Virus record (IMG/VR): IMGVR_UViG_3300008050_008852 | Span: 64,009 to 128,008 of that record | Direction: 5' to 3' (one strand) | DNA: 64,000 bases | Source of the DNA: a virus | In this document: piece by piece, positions 1-10,387 of the stretch | Position numbering within the stretch: position 1 is the stretch's first letter | How the letters are laid out: each line of letters starts with the position of its first letter | Notes under the pieces: model-generated | The model's input: only the letters and a program-made list of their open reading frames with translations | What the model was told of the DNA's origin: nothing | Databases searched by the model: none | Translations under genes and position numbers: made by a program

Positions 1-72
1 CATTATGGTAAAGAATCTAAAACTATAAATGTTAAATTTACAAAAAATTATCCATTAAAGGCTTTAAAGTAA
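1..72 (+). CDS. 3' end of an upstream ORF (partial; HYGKESKTINVKFTKNYPLKALK*)
   Basis: Frame 1 is open from base 1 to TAA at 70-72, 1 nt before the ATG at 74. Confidence 0.55.
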   Translation, partial: HYGKESKTINVKFTKNYPLKALK

Positions 73-73
73 C

Positions 74-3000
74 ATGCCAGCATCTTCAAAAAATATTTCA
101 CCTCCATCTGTAAGTATGACTGCTTCTTTAGATAAAAAAGTCTCAGCCGCGATTTCTAAATCTAAGCCAAGAAAATCACAAAGATCAGATGAAGTTGCTG
201 AAAAGCTTGCAATTTCAAAAAAGCGTTGCCTTGCTGCTGCAAAAATAATTGAGCGCCGTTTGGAGATCTTAGCACTGTTAGATTATAAACCTTTATTTTC
301 TGGAAGAAATTCAACTACAGCCGGCGATTTATTTGAGGCTAGAGTTACAGAGCGTAATATGGATCTTGAGTCACTTTTGGCTATAATAGAATCAAGCACT
401 GGAGATGACACCACTGTACTAAATAAATATAATTCGGTTGTTGTTGCTACACAGTCTGACTTTGCTATTTTAAAGATGCTGATATTATTAAGGGAATATG
501 CAACTCATACTGCAAGATTTTTAGATTTTATAAACGAGTATCAATTACACGAAGATTTAGACATATCATGGTTAGGTGATGAAAATTCTGATCTATTAAG
601 TAGTATTTGCAGGGTCGAATTCGAGAGAGGTCCAGCCAACCAACCTGTTGGAGCCACAGAAATATTGATTCAGCTTCTTTTAATTATTAATTGCTCAACA
701 TATGGAATATCACCCTATCATATGACGACCAGTAAAAAAAGTTTGCCAAGAAACAAGGTTATTACAAATTTTAATATTACGCTAAATAAGGATTATATAG
801 CAGACGCATATGATTTAGCGTTTATTTCTCGCGATTTGACATTTTCACAAGAAATGACTAAATTGAAAAATAATGAATCACCGGATGAAATACTCAAAGA
901 ATTAATTGATAATTCGTTAGGTAATTCATTTATAACATCGCCATTAGAGCAAAACACGAATATAATGAGACAATTTGTTGGTTCGTCAAGTTTTTCTAAT
1001 TTACGTACTTCAAAAGAGAATCAAGACGAGCTTAAGCATGATTTTATAGCAGATATCTTAAATAATAAAAAGGGTGTTATATCTCGACTTTTGAGGGGTT
1101 TAACAAGTAAATCGTCCCCAGACATATTGCTACCAGAATCAGGTGTAAGCAAATATCAAAAAGAATATTCTGATATTGATCCAATAGTTGATAAGGCTTT
1201 TTCTGGTGAAAAGATATTAGATTTTGATAGATACGAGAAGGTAATTGACGATCTAATTAATGATTTAAGTGATACTGCTACATTTGGTAAAAAAGCGTTT
1301 CGTCTTTTAGATGAAAAATCAAATTCTGCTGGAAAATTTAGAGAAGATATCCCAATTGTTGCCGAAGAACAGCCGCTGTCAATGCCATCAATTTCAGCTG
1401 TTGTTCTTGATGTCTTTAATCGTAGATTTGCGTCGACTTTGAAGACATCATTATATAATAAATTTTATGATTGGAAGACACCAGAACATGTTTCATATAC
1501 AAAAATTCAAGCTTGGCTTTTGATACGAGATAATCCTGAACTTGCAAAAAAAATAGTCAGGAGTGTTATTAAAGATCATGAAGATGGTTTTTTAACAGTA
1601 GCTTCACAACCTGAACCAATAGAGGGTTCAGCTGAATTAGATTCTGATGGTAATGAAATAGAAGGTACTGAGGAAATGAGTGATTTGGTTTATGTTAAAC
1701 CAGGTACCTCAACTATGGTAAATTTGACTGGGAAAGGTCCTCGGCTGGGCAGCGCTATTAGAAAAATAAATAGTTATTATGCTGATGATGTGAGTCAGAT
1801 GTCACCAAGCAATGTATTAAGCTCCAATTATGGCGAAGGGGTTTCATGGCCACCAATAAGGGTACAGTATGAAAGGATTGGATCCGATGTAAGAGATTAT
1901 TTTGGTTCATCAAATCATCAACAGACAGATCCAGACTTAAGATTAATAAATGTAATGACTGTCTACCGTGAAAGGTGGGATTTCTCTACCCAGACTTCGT
2001 CAACAAATAATTACTATTGTGGCACAAAAATTATTGCAGCTGAAATTATTGATACTGTTCTTGAGATATGCAGAGCAATGGTAACACCTTTTGCTGAAGT
2101 CGAAATGCCCTCAGACGGTGATCCAGTATTTCCTTTTGTTGAAGATATGAAGAGCCCTTATGGAAATGGTCATTGGGGTTATTCGGCTGATGGTTATGAT
2201 CAATTTCAGATGAATCTTTGGGTATCAACAATAACAGGATGGAATAAATTATTTACTAGATCAACAGACAAGAAAACATATTTCAGGCGCCGTAGTATAA
2301 GAACACATTCTGATAAGATTATTGATATTTTAGGTAGATTAATGTTACCATATGATTTTATGAAAGTTAGAACGGAAACAATTACTGATGGTATCAAAAT
2401 AACAGAATGGAAAAATGTTAATCCGGCTGATTTCTCATTTAAGATATGGCCTGTTTGTGCAACGATAAAATGCTCGCCGTCCGATTTAATTGCGGCGGGA
2501 TCATGGAAAGCAGATGGTGATACCACTCTCGCTGACTATATGAAGGGTATTAGTTCAACAATTGATGATCTGCTTAATTCAAGTTTTGATGACCTTGATG
2601 ACATTCAACCGGTGACAGTTTCATCACAGGCTACGGCTGTCTCTGGCCCAGGAGGATCCCATTCAGCCGGTAGTAGTCTACCAGGTTCCGGAGGTGGAGG
2701 CTCACTCTATACTGCCGACGTCGAACCTGCAGAAATAGACATTGATACATCCCTTGCGGTAATTTCTGGTAATTATAGAACATTTTTATCGGTAGCTAAA
2801 CATGAAAATACAATTTTGTCATTTTTATACGACTTTATTGGAAAATACGGCGAACGAATTGGAAATTATAAAGATGCAACAATCAATTTGATAAATGATG
2901 AATCTTCTCCAATTGGTGATCTTGTAACTACGCTTTTAGATTTAGGACCAGCCGGCGAAGATATCCTCCAGAATTTAAGCACAAACCAGTTAGCACTAAA

Positions 3001-4099
3001 GCAAATAGCACTCGAGGAAGAACAAGGTGTCAAAGAAAACGGTTATCTTCCAAATTTATCAATAATATCTGAAAAAGAAGCAAATTGTGTCAGGCTACTC
3101 TGTTCAGAAGAAATTACTAGATCTCCAGAAGGTGATACTACAAAAATTATAATGGTTGGTATACCAATTAGTACTTTTGATAAAAAGAAGATTAATGATA
3201 AATTTGGTCTTAGACTTAGCTATAGGGATATTGAGTATCCACAATTAGTTTTTGCATCAAAGACATTTATGTTTGATAAGGATTTGTACATCTTACCAGA
3301 TGATTTAGAATCTACAAAAACAACTTCTAGTTTTAGTAAGATTGCAAAACAAGCGAAATATTCAAAAATTAGGGTTGAGGTTGTTGAATCAACAGATGAA
3401 ACTGCTACAATAGAAATAATTGATGATATACAAAAAATTAAGTATGATAGTAGTGATCCTGATGTGTTTATTAATCTACTTATTTCTGAGACATTGAAAA
3501 TTTATTATCGTTTAATGCTAGGCTTAAATTTCTCAGAAACTGCATTTTTATCAACTCCAGAAGGCGCAAAAATACCAATTTCAGATACATCATCATCCCT
3601 TGCAAAATCAATGTCAGCCAGCGTTGAGTCAATATCGACGTTCTCTGAGGGATTGGCATCAAATTTAGATGCTCTTCTTGGTGATATAACTAAATTTGAC
3701 AATATAGACGATTTTGTTTCTGGCGATATAACACCAGTTGACGAAGCTCTAATTGTTGATTTAAAAAATGCATTTCAGTCACGCATATTTTCTCCGGAAG
3801 TTCTTCGATCTAGGGTTTTATCTGCAAAAATGTTTGATAGAATTTATGCAATTCCAGTCGATCCAGACGAATTTTATATTGTTCCACCTGGTGAAGCTGA
3901 AGTCGGCAATGTTGAAACACCTGCTCAAATATTTGACTTTTATTTAAATGCCGGAATTATTGAAGAAACAGGTTTAGATTCTCCGCGAAAATATAAATTA
4001 GCTCCAAGAAAATCAGCTGAAGGTTCAATGGCTTTTGGTAATATTACGGTTTCGATGGTAACGGCATCTGAAGATGGTGAGAGGATATTTAGCTTATGA
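74..4099 (+). CDS. Large hypothetical protein, probably virion structural (1341 aa)
   Basis: Long ORF with ATGA overlap to the next gene; lies in the structural block; no motif recognised. Confidence 0.6.
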   Translation: MPASSKNISPPSVSMTASLDKKVSAAISKSKPRKSQRSDEVAEKLAISKKRCLAAAKIIERRLEILALLDYKPLFSGRNSTTAGDLFEARVTERNMDLESLLAIIESSTGDDTTVLNKYNSVVVATQSDFAILKMLILLREYATHTARFLDFINEYQLHEDLDISWLGDENSDLLSSICRVEFERGPANQPVGATEILIQLLLIINCSTYGISPYHMTTSKKSLPRNKVITNFNITLNKDYIADAYDLAFISRDLTFSQEMTKLKNNESPDEILKELIDNSLGNSFITSPLEQNTNIMRQFVGSSSFSNLRTSKENQDELKHDFIADILNNKKGVISRLLRGLTSKSSPDILLPESGVSKYQKEYSDIDPIVDKAFSGEKILDFDRYEKVIDDLINDLSDTATFGKKAFRLLDEKSNSAGKFREDIPIVAEEQPLSMPSISAVVLDVFNRRFASTLKTSLYNKFYDWKTPEHVSYTKIQAWLLIRDNPELAKKIVRSVIKDHEDGFLTVASQPEPIEGSAELDSDGNEIEGTEEMSDLVYVKPGTSTMVNLTGKGPRLGSAIRKINSYYADDVSQMSPSNVLSSNYGEGVSWPPIRVQYERIGSDVRDYFGSSNHQQTDPDLRLINVMTVYRERWDFSTQTSSTNNYYCGTKIIAAEIIDTVLEICRAMVTPFAEVEMPSDGDPVFPFVEDMKSPYGNGHWGYSADGYDQFQMNLWVSTITGWNKLFTRSTDKKTYFRRRSIRTHSDKIIDILGRLMLPYDFMKVRTETITDGIKITEWKNVNPADFSFKIWPVCATIKCSPSDLIAAGSWKADGDTTLADYMKGISSTIDDLLNSSFDDLDDIQPVTVSSQATAVSGPGGSHSAGSSLPGSGGGGSLYTADVEPAEIDIDTSLAVISGNYRTFLSVAKHENTILSFLYDFIGKYGERIGNYKDATINLINDESSPIGDLVTTLLDLGPAGEDILQNLSTNQLALKQIALEEEQGVKENGYLPNLSIISEKEANCVRLLCSEEITRSPEGDTTKIIMVGIPISTFDKKKINDKFGLRLSYRDIEYPQLVFASKTFMFDKDLYILPDDLESTKTTSSFSKIAKQAKYSKIRVEVVESTDETATIEIIDDIQKIKYDSSDPDVFINLLISETLKIYYRLMLGLNFSETAFLSTPEGAKIPISDTSSSLAKSMSASVESISTFSEGLASNLDALLGDITKFDNIDDFVSGDITPVDEALIVDLKNAFQSRIFSPEVLRSRVLSAKMFDRIYAIPVDPDEFYIVPPGEAEVGNVETPAQIFDFYLNAGIIEETGLDSPRKYKLAPRKSAEGSMAFGNITVSMVTASEDGERIFSL

Positions 4100-5820
4100 C
4101 CAAATTTTTAACATACCCATCTATTTCTGCGACAATTTTTGATGTTCCAGAACCAAAAGATATAACAGGTAAATTCACATATAACTACTTTTTGCCAGAT
4201 GAAAGAGAGAGTACTGACACGTTTGTATCTGCGACTAGTTTTGCCTCCCACCGAGAGACCTACGCAAGACAGAATGAAATTACGTTCTCTCCATTGAGTG
4301 CTATAATACCAGATAATCCAGTTTTATCAGAAATTCAATTATCTAATACACAAAAGCGTAGAATTTTATTAAAGAATACTGATAAAATTTCAAAAGAAAC
4401 AGAATTTATGAATTCTGGTTATGTATCAATAAAACTGCAAGATGCTACTGTTTCTACCCGCCTTTTAGCAAACGCAGAAGCCACCCTTTTACAAAAGAGA
4501 ATTAGCACCGTTTCTTTATCACCACTAGAAGTAATGTTAAAATATGCATCAGAAACGTCAGATAATATTGATGGCCAGTCAATACTTGATAGTGTAAATG
4601 TTGATGATTTAAACGAATATGTGTCAATTGATCCTGTTACAGGCGAGCAATTTGATGTTCAAAAGTCGGGTGATATTAGTGATTTGACGTTTAATGTTAT
4701 ATTGTCTAAAAAGTTCGCCGGTGATATAGCATTGTCCGCAGTTAAAACACCACTAAGTCCTGCTGGTGATATATTTTCTAGTGTAGTAACTACATTAAGC
4801 GATGATCAAAGTGCTGCTCGATCTGGTGCAAGTGATTCTAGAGTAATTAGAACATCTGATTTTGTTCAGACATTTGATCCAATTCAGATAGAAAAAATTG
4901 GTTTTGGTGATACATTTCTTGGTGGTAACACAATTATGGGTTATCATATAAGAAGATATGATATTAATGATCCGGAAGACGTTTCCGATTTTTATATTAC
5001 AAATACTAGTGCGACAAATTTTGTAGATAATGAAGTATTATATGGCACAACATACAATTATTCTATTGCTGTGGTGTATTTAATTCGCTTATTTACATAT
5101 AATAAAAAAAATGTTTGTGCAGCTGATATACTTGTTGAATCTAGAGAATCACCTTCAATAAATGTAACAACTAAAGAGGCGACTCCTCCAAATGCACCCG
5201 ATGGCTTAGATTTTTATTTATTGCAAAACAAAAATCTTGTAATTGAATGGGACTTTCCAGTTAATCCAACTGGTGATATAAAAAGATTTCAAATTTTTAG
5301 GCGTACTTCAATTGATGAACCATTTTCACTAATTTCAGAACTTGATTTTGACAACAGTACTATTTTGACGACAAGAAAAGAAAATGTACCTCATGAATTA
5401 AATCACAAACTTAGTATACCAAGAACATATATTAACGATTATGAGTTTGATTTAAATTCTAAATACATATATGCCGTATGTGCTATAGATGCCCATGATT
5501 TATCTTCATCATATAGCGAGCAGTTTTTAGTGTCATTTGACATACTAACGGCACAATTGGTAATAGAAATGATATCTGAGAAAAATGCACCTAAACCATA
5601 TCCAAATTTTTTATTAAGAAACCAACTTACAAAAGATGCAATTCATGATTCAAACCACTCATCACTGACATGTTATTTTGATCCTGAATACTTAAAGATC
5701 TACAAAGGTAGTGAAGAAATTGACTTTTTGCAAGAATCGTCAACCGATCCATCATATAAAATACAATTAATACATTTAAATTTTCAACAAAGCATAGTTG
5801 CAGATATTAATGTTAAATGA
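4096..5820 (+). CDS. Virion protein with fibronectin-III/Ig-like beta-sandwich domains
   Basis: FN3-like patterns GYHIRR..FVDNEVLYGTTYNYSIAVV and PPNAPDGL..IEWDFP..FQIFRR..YIYAVCAID. Confidence 0.55.
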   Translation: MTKFLTYPSISATIFDVPEPKDITGKFTYNYFLPDERESTDTFVSATSFASHRETYARQNEITFSPLSAIIPDNPVLSEIQLSNTQKRRILLKNTDKISKETEFMNSGYVSIKLQDATVSTRLLANAEATLLQKRISTVSLSPLEVMLKYASETSDNIDGQSILDSVNVDDLNEYVSIDPVTGEQFDVQKSGDISDLTFNVILSKKFAGDIALSAVKTPLSPAGDIFSSVVTTLSDDQSAARSGASDSRVIRTSDFVQTFDPIQIEKIGFGDTFLGGNTIMGYHIRRYDINDPEDVSDFYITNTSATNFVDNEVLYGTTYNYSIAVVYLIRLFTYNKKNVCAADILVESRESPSINVTTKEATPPNAPDGLDFYLLQNKNLVIEWDFPVNPTGDIKRFQIFRRTSIDEPFSLISELDFDNSTILTTRKENVPHELNHKLSIPRTYINDYEFDLNSKYIYAVCAIDAHDLSSSYSEQFLVSFDILTAQLVIEMISEKNAPKPYPNFLLRNQLTKDAIHDSNHSSLTCYFDPEYLKIYKGSEEIDFLQESSTDPSYKIQLIHLNFQQSIVADINVK

Positions 5821-5822
5821 TA

Positions 5823-5849
5823 TGTCAGCTTTTTTACAGAAAGCTGGCA
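5823..5849 (+). other. Intergenic stem-loop (possible terminator or processing site)
   Basis: TGTCAGCTTT / AAAGCTGGCA 10-bp stem with one G-U, just after the stop at 5820; no 3' U-tract. Confidence 0.45.
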
Positions 5850-5855
5850 CAACCT

Positions 5856-5862
5856 ATATTTA
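5856..5862 (+). promoter_or_regulatory. Putative late promoter motif ATAnTTA
   Basis: ATATTTA in an intergenic gap; the same motif precedes many structural genes (see findings). Confidence 0.5.
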
Positions 5863-5888
5863 TTAGTGAAGTGAGGTAATATATAACC

Positions 5889-5945
5889 ATGAGATTTTTA
5901 GATCAAGAAATATATAAGAAGCAATACATTTTAGGAGGTAATTAA
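5889..5945 (+). CDS. 18-aa upstream mini-ORF MRFLDQEIYKKQYILGGN (degenerate duplicate of the next gene start)
   Basis: GAGGT SD, then ATG at 5889; TAA at 5943-5945, 2 nt before ATG 5948; MRFLD resembles MGFLD. Confidence 0.35.
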   Translation: MRFLDQEIYKKQYILGGN

Positions 5946-5947
5946 CC

Positions 5948-6673
5948 ATGGGGTTCCTCGATCATTCAACAAACAACATTATCGTTGATGCTGTTCTTAC
6001 AGATAAAGGTAGACAATTACTTGCAAGAAATGACGGTTCATTTCAAATTACGCGTTTTGCCTTCGGAGACGATGAAGTTGATTATGGAATTATAAAGCAA
6101 TTTGGTAGAACTGTTGGTAAAGAAAAAATAGAAAAAAATACGCCAGTTTTTGAAGCACAGACAAATAGTGATGTTGCTCTTAAAAATAGAATGGTTAGTG
6201 TTGCAAACCCTTATTTAACTGCCTTACCAACGTTATCTGTAACCGTAACAACCGGTGCCACCACATTAGTTCGTGGCTCATCTCCTATTCAAACCGATTT
6301 GACAATTACACAAAGTAATTTCAATAATGCAAATATAGACTTAGATTTACGTGATCCAAGCTTTCTTGTTCAATATGATAGTCGATTCCTATCTGTTACT
6401 GGTTATGAAAACAATGTTTCCACACCTTCAACCGGGCAGAATTATATTAGTACAGTCCGTGTTAGACAAACAACCACAAATAGTGATGGCAGTAATGGTT
6501 CAATGGCAACACTTCGTGTAAGTGTTAAATCTTTTTCTGATTCGTATTACAATTTTTATTCAACGTCAGCCAACTCTGGGCAGATTAGAACATTTTTAAC
6601 GATAACTGGAACTGCCTCTGGTGGTCTTATTACACAACAAATTTTAGTTAATAAAAATAGCAGTGTAACATAG
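5948..6673 (+). CDS. Virion structural protein (tail-collar/baseplate-associated, putative)
   Basis: AGGAGG SD; N-terminus DAVLTDKGRQLLA..ITRFAFGDDEVDY resembles tail-collar-fibre N-termini; S/T-rich beta-type C-terminus. Confidence 0.55.
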   Translation: MGFLDHSTNNIIVDAVLTDKGRQLLARNDGSFQITRFAFGDDEVDYGIIKQFGRTVGKEKIEKNTPVFEAQTNSDVALKNRMVSVANPYLTALPTLSVTVTTGATTLVRGSSPIQTDLTITQSNFNNANIDLDLRDPSFLVQYDSRFLSVTGYENNVSTPSTGQNYISTVRVRQTTTNSDGSNGSMATLRVSVKSFSDSYYNFYSTSANSGQIRTFLTITGTASGGLITQQILVNKNSSVT

Positions 6674-6685
6674 GAATAATGATAA

Positions 6686-8008
6686 ATGTCAAATTTTAAA
6701 ACAATCGGCGCCGATGATATTCAAACGTCGACAAGTGTATTAAGTCAATTAGTTGATGTTATACAAGAAGATATATCTGGATCAAGTACCAGAAGAAAAT
6801 ATCAAGTTTTTGTAACTGGAGGCTTAGGGCCAGGAGTTACATCGTCATTATTTCAAACAGTTTATGATCAAGATTTTTCATTACAAACAAGTAATGCTGT
6901 TCTTGATATGAGTATTGGCTTATTTGAATCTGGTAGTACAGTGACTGCATGCTCAACTGGCACCGACGTTAACGGAAAACTGTTGTTTCCATCACAATCA
7001 ATAATGATGAGAGAAAAGGTTTCAAATTACAAACAATTCGCACAGGTTTTATTGGGCGATTCTGATGCCTCATTTTATGCTCCAGGTATTAATTTGTATG
7101 ATACGTCCGCAACTGCTACTGGGTTATCTACTGGTTCAAAGGGTGATAGAATTGAAGAGGCATTATTTGTTAGCTTTAAACGCTTGTTTGCACGAGATGA
7201 AATAAGAAAAGAGACGTTTGCATTAAAACTATTCATGTCAGCAGCACTAGATGGTAGTCAAGTTGATGCCGATGGTGTGGCCACTGATATTGCGCAGGCA
7301 TATACAGGTTCAAACATATTTATAACATCTACATCTGGCAGCGCTATTTATGCCGATGTGGGAGCCTCAGCTACACAGCTTAAACACTTTGGCGGCGACG
7401 TCGGTTTTGTAAAAAATACAGCTGATACATCTAGGACTGTTGGGCTAATGTGGTATGATCATGGTATCTGTGTTTTAGACATGGGTAAAGTATTTTGTGG
7501 TGATCAACATATGTCTGGAACGTTAAGTGCGGTTACAAATGCATCTCCTGATGTATTTCCTGTAGGCACAACACTTCTTGGTTATGGTGGCGAACCTGTA
7601 GATGCCCGCGGCTATAGTTCAAATGTTTCTGCCTCATTTATTCCAGATTTTGTAGTATCTGCCTCGATTGATACAATTGTTGATCACGTCGCTTCCACCC
7701 GCTTTGGCTCTGGTTCTTTCACTGCTACAACGTTTCAAAACGTAACAAACATCAATTCAACACTTATTTTCTGCCGCGCCACTGCGGATGAATTTAATTA
7801 TTCGTCAAACCCAACATTTAGAAATTCTAATGGTGAATTGGTTGTTATAGATCCAGGAGACGACACCGGACAACGTACATTTACGTTTGTTACTACAGTT
7901 GGTTTGTATAATAGCAATAATGAATTACTTGCTGTTGCGAAATTATCTCGACCTGTTGAAAAGAATGATGAAAAGGACCTTACAACCCGCGTCAGACTTG
8001 ACTTTTAG
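6686..8008 (+). CDS. Virion structural protein (baseplate/tail-associated, putative)
   Basis: C-terminal EFNYSSNPT..FVTTVGLYNSNNELLAVAKLSRPVEK..RVRLDF; structural context. Confidence 0.55.
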   Translation: MSNFKTIGADDIQTSTSVLSQLVDVIQEDISGSSTRRKYQVFVTGGLGPGVTSSLFQTVYDQDFSLQTSNAVLDMSIGLFESGSTVTACSTGTDVNGKLLFPSQSIMMREKVSNYKQFAQVLLGDSDASFYAPGINLYDTSATATGLSTGSKGDRIEEALFVSFKRLFARDEIRKETFALKLFMSAALDGSQVDADGVATDIAQAYTGSNIFITSTSGSAIYADVGASATQLKHFGGDVGFVKNTADTSRTVGLMWYDHGICVLDMGKVFCGDQHMSGTLSAVTNASPDVFPVGTTLLGYGGEPVDARGYSSNVSASFIPDFVVSASIDTIVDHVASTRFGSGSFTATTFQNVTNINSTLIFCRATADEFNYSSNPTFRNSNGELVVIDPGDDTGQRTFTFVTTVGLYNSNNELLAVAKLSRPVEKNDEKDLTTRVRLDF

Positions 8009-8035
8009 TTCTTTTTTTGGAATGAGTGATGCTTC

Positions 8036-10387
8036 ATGTCTTTTGTAAAAATTACAAAATCAAATACTGACACTGCGTATGTAAGGTTACATCCAAGCAG
8101 AAGTTTTGTATCATCATCATCTGGCGTTACAGGATCAGTGCGTGTAATAGCACAGTCCTCACCGTTTTTTAAAGAGGTTAGTTCATTTAGTCCATTTGTA
8201 GACAACCCTATAGATGATACAAGCATTGAGTCATATAGACAATCATTATTTATGTTGACAGGATCAGGCTTAAATTTAAGTGCTTCCGCACATGAATATA
8301 TGGGCTTAATTTCGTCAGCATCTTCAGCTGCACGTCAGTCAAAATACGTAGAGGTATTACGCTTCACACCAACAAATACATTAACATCTGATACACAAAG
8401 AAAAAGTGTTTATAGAAAAGTTTTATTACCATACTATCAAACTGAAAATCCTGATGCTGGATTTAATTTCACAAATTATCAATGCTTTAATTTTGTTAGC
8501 GCCTCAGTATTTCCCAGTGCATCGGCATTAATATATCCAGATCCTTTAGACAATTATTCTGTAATGAGTGGGTTTTCGTTTTCGTTTAATTCAAAAATTG
8601 CAAGAGATGCAGGTTATACAGTTAATGGTGACCCATGGGACTATCCAGCAGGGTGTGTGTTGTTTAGATCATCATCATATGCGGTGTCTATTGTCTCCGG
8701 TTCTAAAAAGGATCATACTGGTTTTCCGGCGGCATATAGAGTGTTACTGCAATTAAGTTCAGCTGTTGATACTAGTCCGTCATTACTTGATTTAAACGCC
8801 TTACCAAATTATACATTTTTAAGCTCTGATAACGTTTTAAAAAAGAACCACTGGCACAACGTGGCAATTTCGTGGGGTAAAGATCATAACGCAGGAACCG
8901 GTTCATTTTTTATTGATGGCCAAAAAGACGAATCTGCAGACTTTACGTTATCAACAATAAGTATTAATACATCCTCAGACGATTTTAACGCCTTGATGCT
9001 CGGGGCGCGCTTTTCTGGAAATAACGACTCTTATTCTGGCTTTTTCAATCCAGCTGTATCTACAGAAGGCGTCTATTCCGGAGGCGCCGCCATAGAACCT
9101 GAAAATACTAGTCTTACAAATAGATTAAATGGAGAAATTAATGATATTCGTGTATACAGTAACGTTTTAGCCCCTGATTTAATTGAAACTGGATCACAAT
9201 TTGGTTTGACCACAATTCCATCTGGTATGGTTTTTTATGCACCATGTTTTTTCGTAAAAGAAAGTCCTGTAAGGTTGTCTTTATTAACACCGTTTCAACA
9301 AGAGACAACTGGTACACAAGAACCATATAACGTAAAACTTAGTTATGGTGTAAATGGCCGCGACATTAATTTACAGAATTATACAAGGGATTTTGTTCAA
9401 AATAATTATCCACGCTTATATCATTTAACAGCATCAACTATAGACACTTCAACAAGCACATATTCTGCCAATTCATTTCTTTTAGACATAGGCACAAATA
9501 AATTAATGCATCAAGCACGTGGAATGTTTATATTGCCAAGTGATAATGGTAAATTTGTTCCAGGCTGGAATTTACTTGCCAGTGGTACAATTGTTGATAA
9601 ACCAGATTCAAGTTCGCCAATGTCAAGATACGTTAATGATTTAGACTATATGAATTATGCTATTGTATCGTTAAATAATATGATATCAACATCATCAATT
9701 CTTGAGGGTTTAGTACAAGTAAATTCAGATGGTTCTGATAATACTGCTCAAACCGGTTTGTTACAACAAATAATGGGTGGTAGTCCAGAAGACGTAAGCG
9801 TAGATCCAGGATCTGGTTATACGATATTACAAAGAACTCGTGATAATTCGTCAAATATGGTCACGTTTTTTGACTCTAGTAATTTATTTTATGGTAAGAG
9901 AATAAAGTCAAGCACAATTACTTTAAGTGAACAAGAAATATCTGGTACATCTGGCACACTTTCAATGAGATTTAAAGATAATGGGATGGGTGGTATGTAT
10001 AGGGCAGACGCGTCGTCTATTCATGCAACTTTTTCTAGAATTGGTGACGTTCTATACCAAGAAGGTATTGTTGGAATTTTACACCCATGTATTCCGTTTT
10101 TTGGTAAAAATTCTTTTAATATAGATTTTAAGGGTGATCAAAACGTACATGTTTATGAAGTCAATGTTCCTGCCATGGCCGGTATGTTAAATTCAAGCTC
10201 CAACCCAAATTATGTTGCGGGTACTAAAGATGATTATGCATCATCATATGAAGGGCCTGTTGTTGGGATTAGTTCAATACTTTTTCATGATGAAAATTTT
10301 AATGTAGTTGCAAGAACAAATTTCGCTCAACCTATACTAAAGACAGAATTTGATAAATATTTATTTAGGATAAAGTTTGATTTTTGA
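8036..10387 (+). CDS. Virion protein with a LamG/concanavalin-A-like domain; C-terminus paralogous to 6686..8008
   Basis: NHWHNVAISW..FFIDGQ..GEINDIRVYSNVL is the LamG pattern; ends NSSSNPNY..FRIKFDF. Confidence 0.6.
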   Translation: MSFVKITKSNTDTAYVRLHPSRSFVSSSSGVTGSVRVIAQSSPFFKEVSSFSPFVDNPIDDTSIESYRQSLFMLTGSGLNLSASAHEYMGLISSASSAARQSKYVEVLRFTPTNTLTSDTQRKSVYRKVLLPYYQTENPDAGFNFTNYQCFNFVSASVFPSASALIYPDPLDNYSVMSGFSFSFNSKIARDAGYTVNGDPWDYPAGCVLFRSSSYAVSIVSGSKKDHTGFPAAYRVLLQLSSAVDTSPSLLDLNALPNYTFLSSDNVLKKNHWHNVAISWGKDHNAGTGSFFIDGQKDESADFTLSTISINTSSDDFNALMLGARFSGNNDSYSGFFNPAVSTEGVYSGGAAIEPENTSLTNRLNGEINDIRVYSNVLAPDLIETGSQFGLTTIPSGMVFYAPCFFVKESPVRLSLLTPFQQETTGTQEPYNVKLSYGVNGRDINLQNYTRDFVQNNYPRLYHLTASTIDTSTSTYSANSFLLDIGTNKLMHQARGMFILPSDNGKFVPGWNLLASGTIVDKPDSSSPMSRYVNDLDYMNYAIVSLNNMISTSSILEGLVQVNSDGSDNTAQTGLLQQIMGGSPEDVSVDPGSGYTILQRTRDNSSNMVTFFDSSNLFYGKRIKSSTITLSEQEISGTSGTLSMRFKDNGMGGMYRADASSIHATFSRIGDVLYQEGIVGILHPCIPFFGKNSFNIDFKGDQNVHVYEVNVPAMAGMLNSSSNPNYVAGTKDDYASSYEGPVVGISSILFHDENFNVVARTNFAQPILKTEFDKYLFRIKFDF

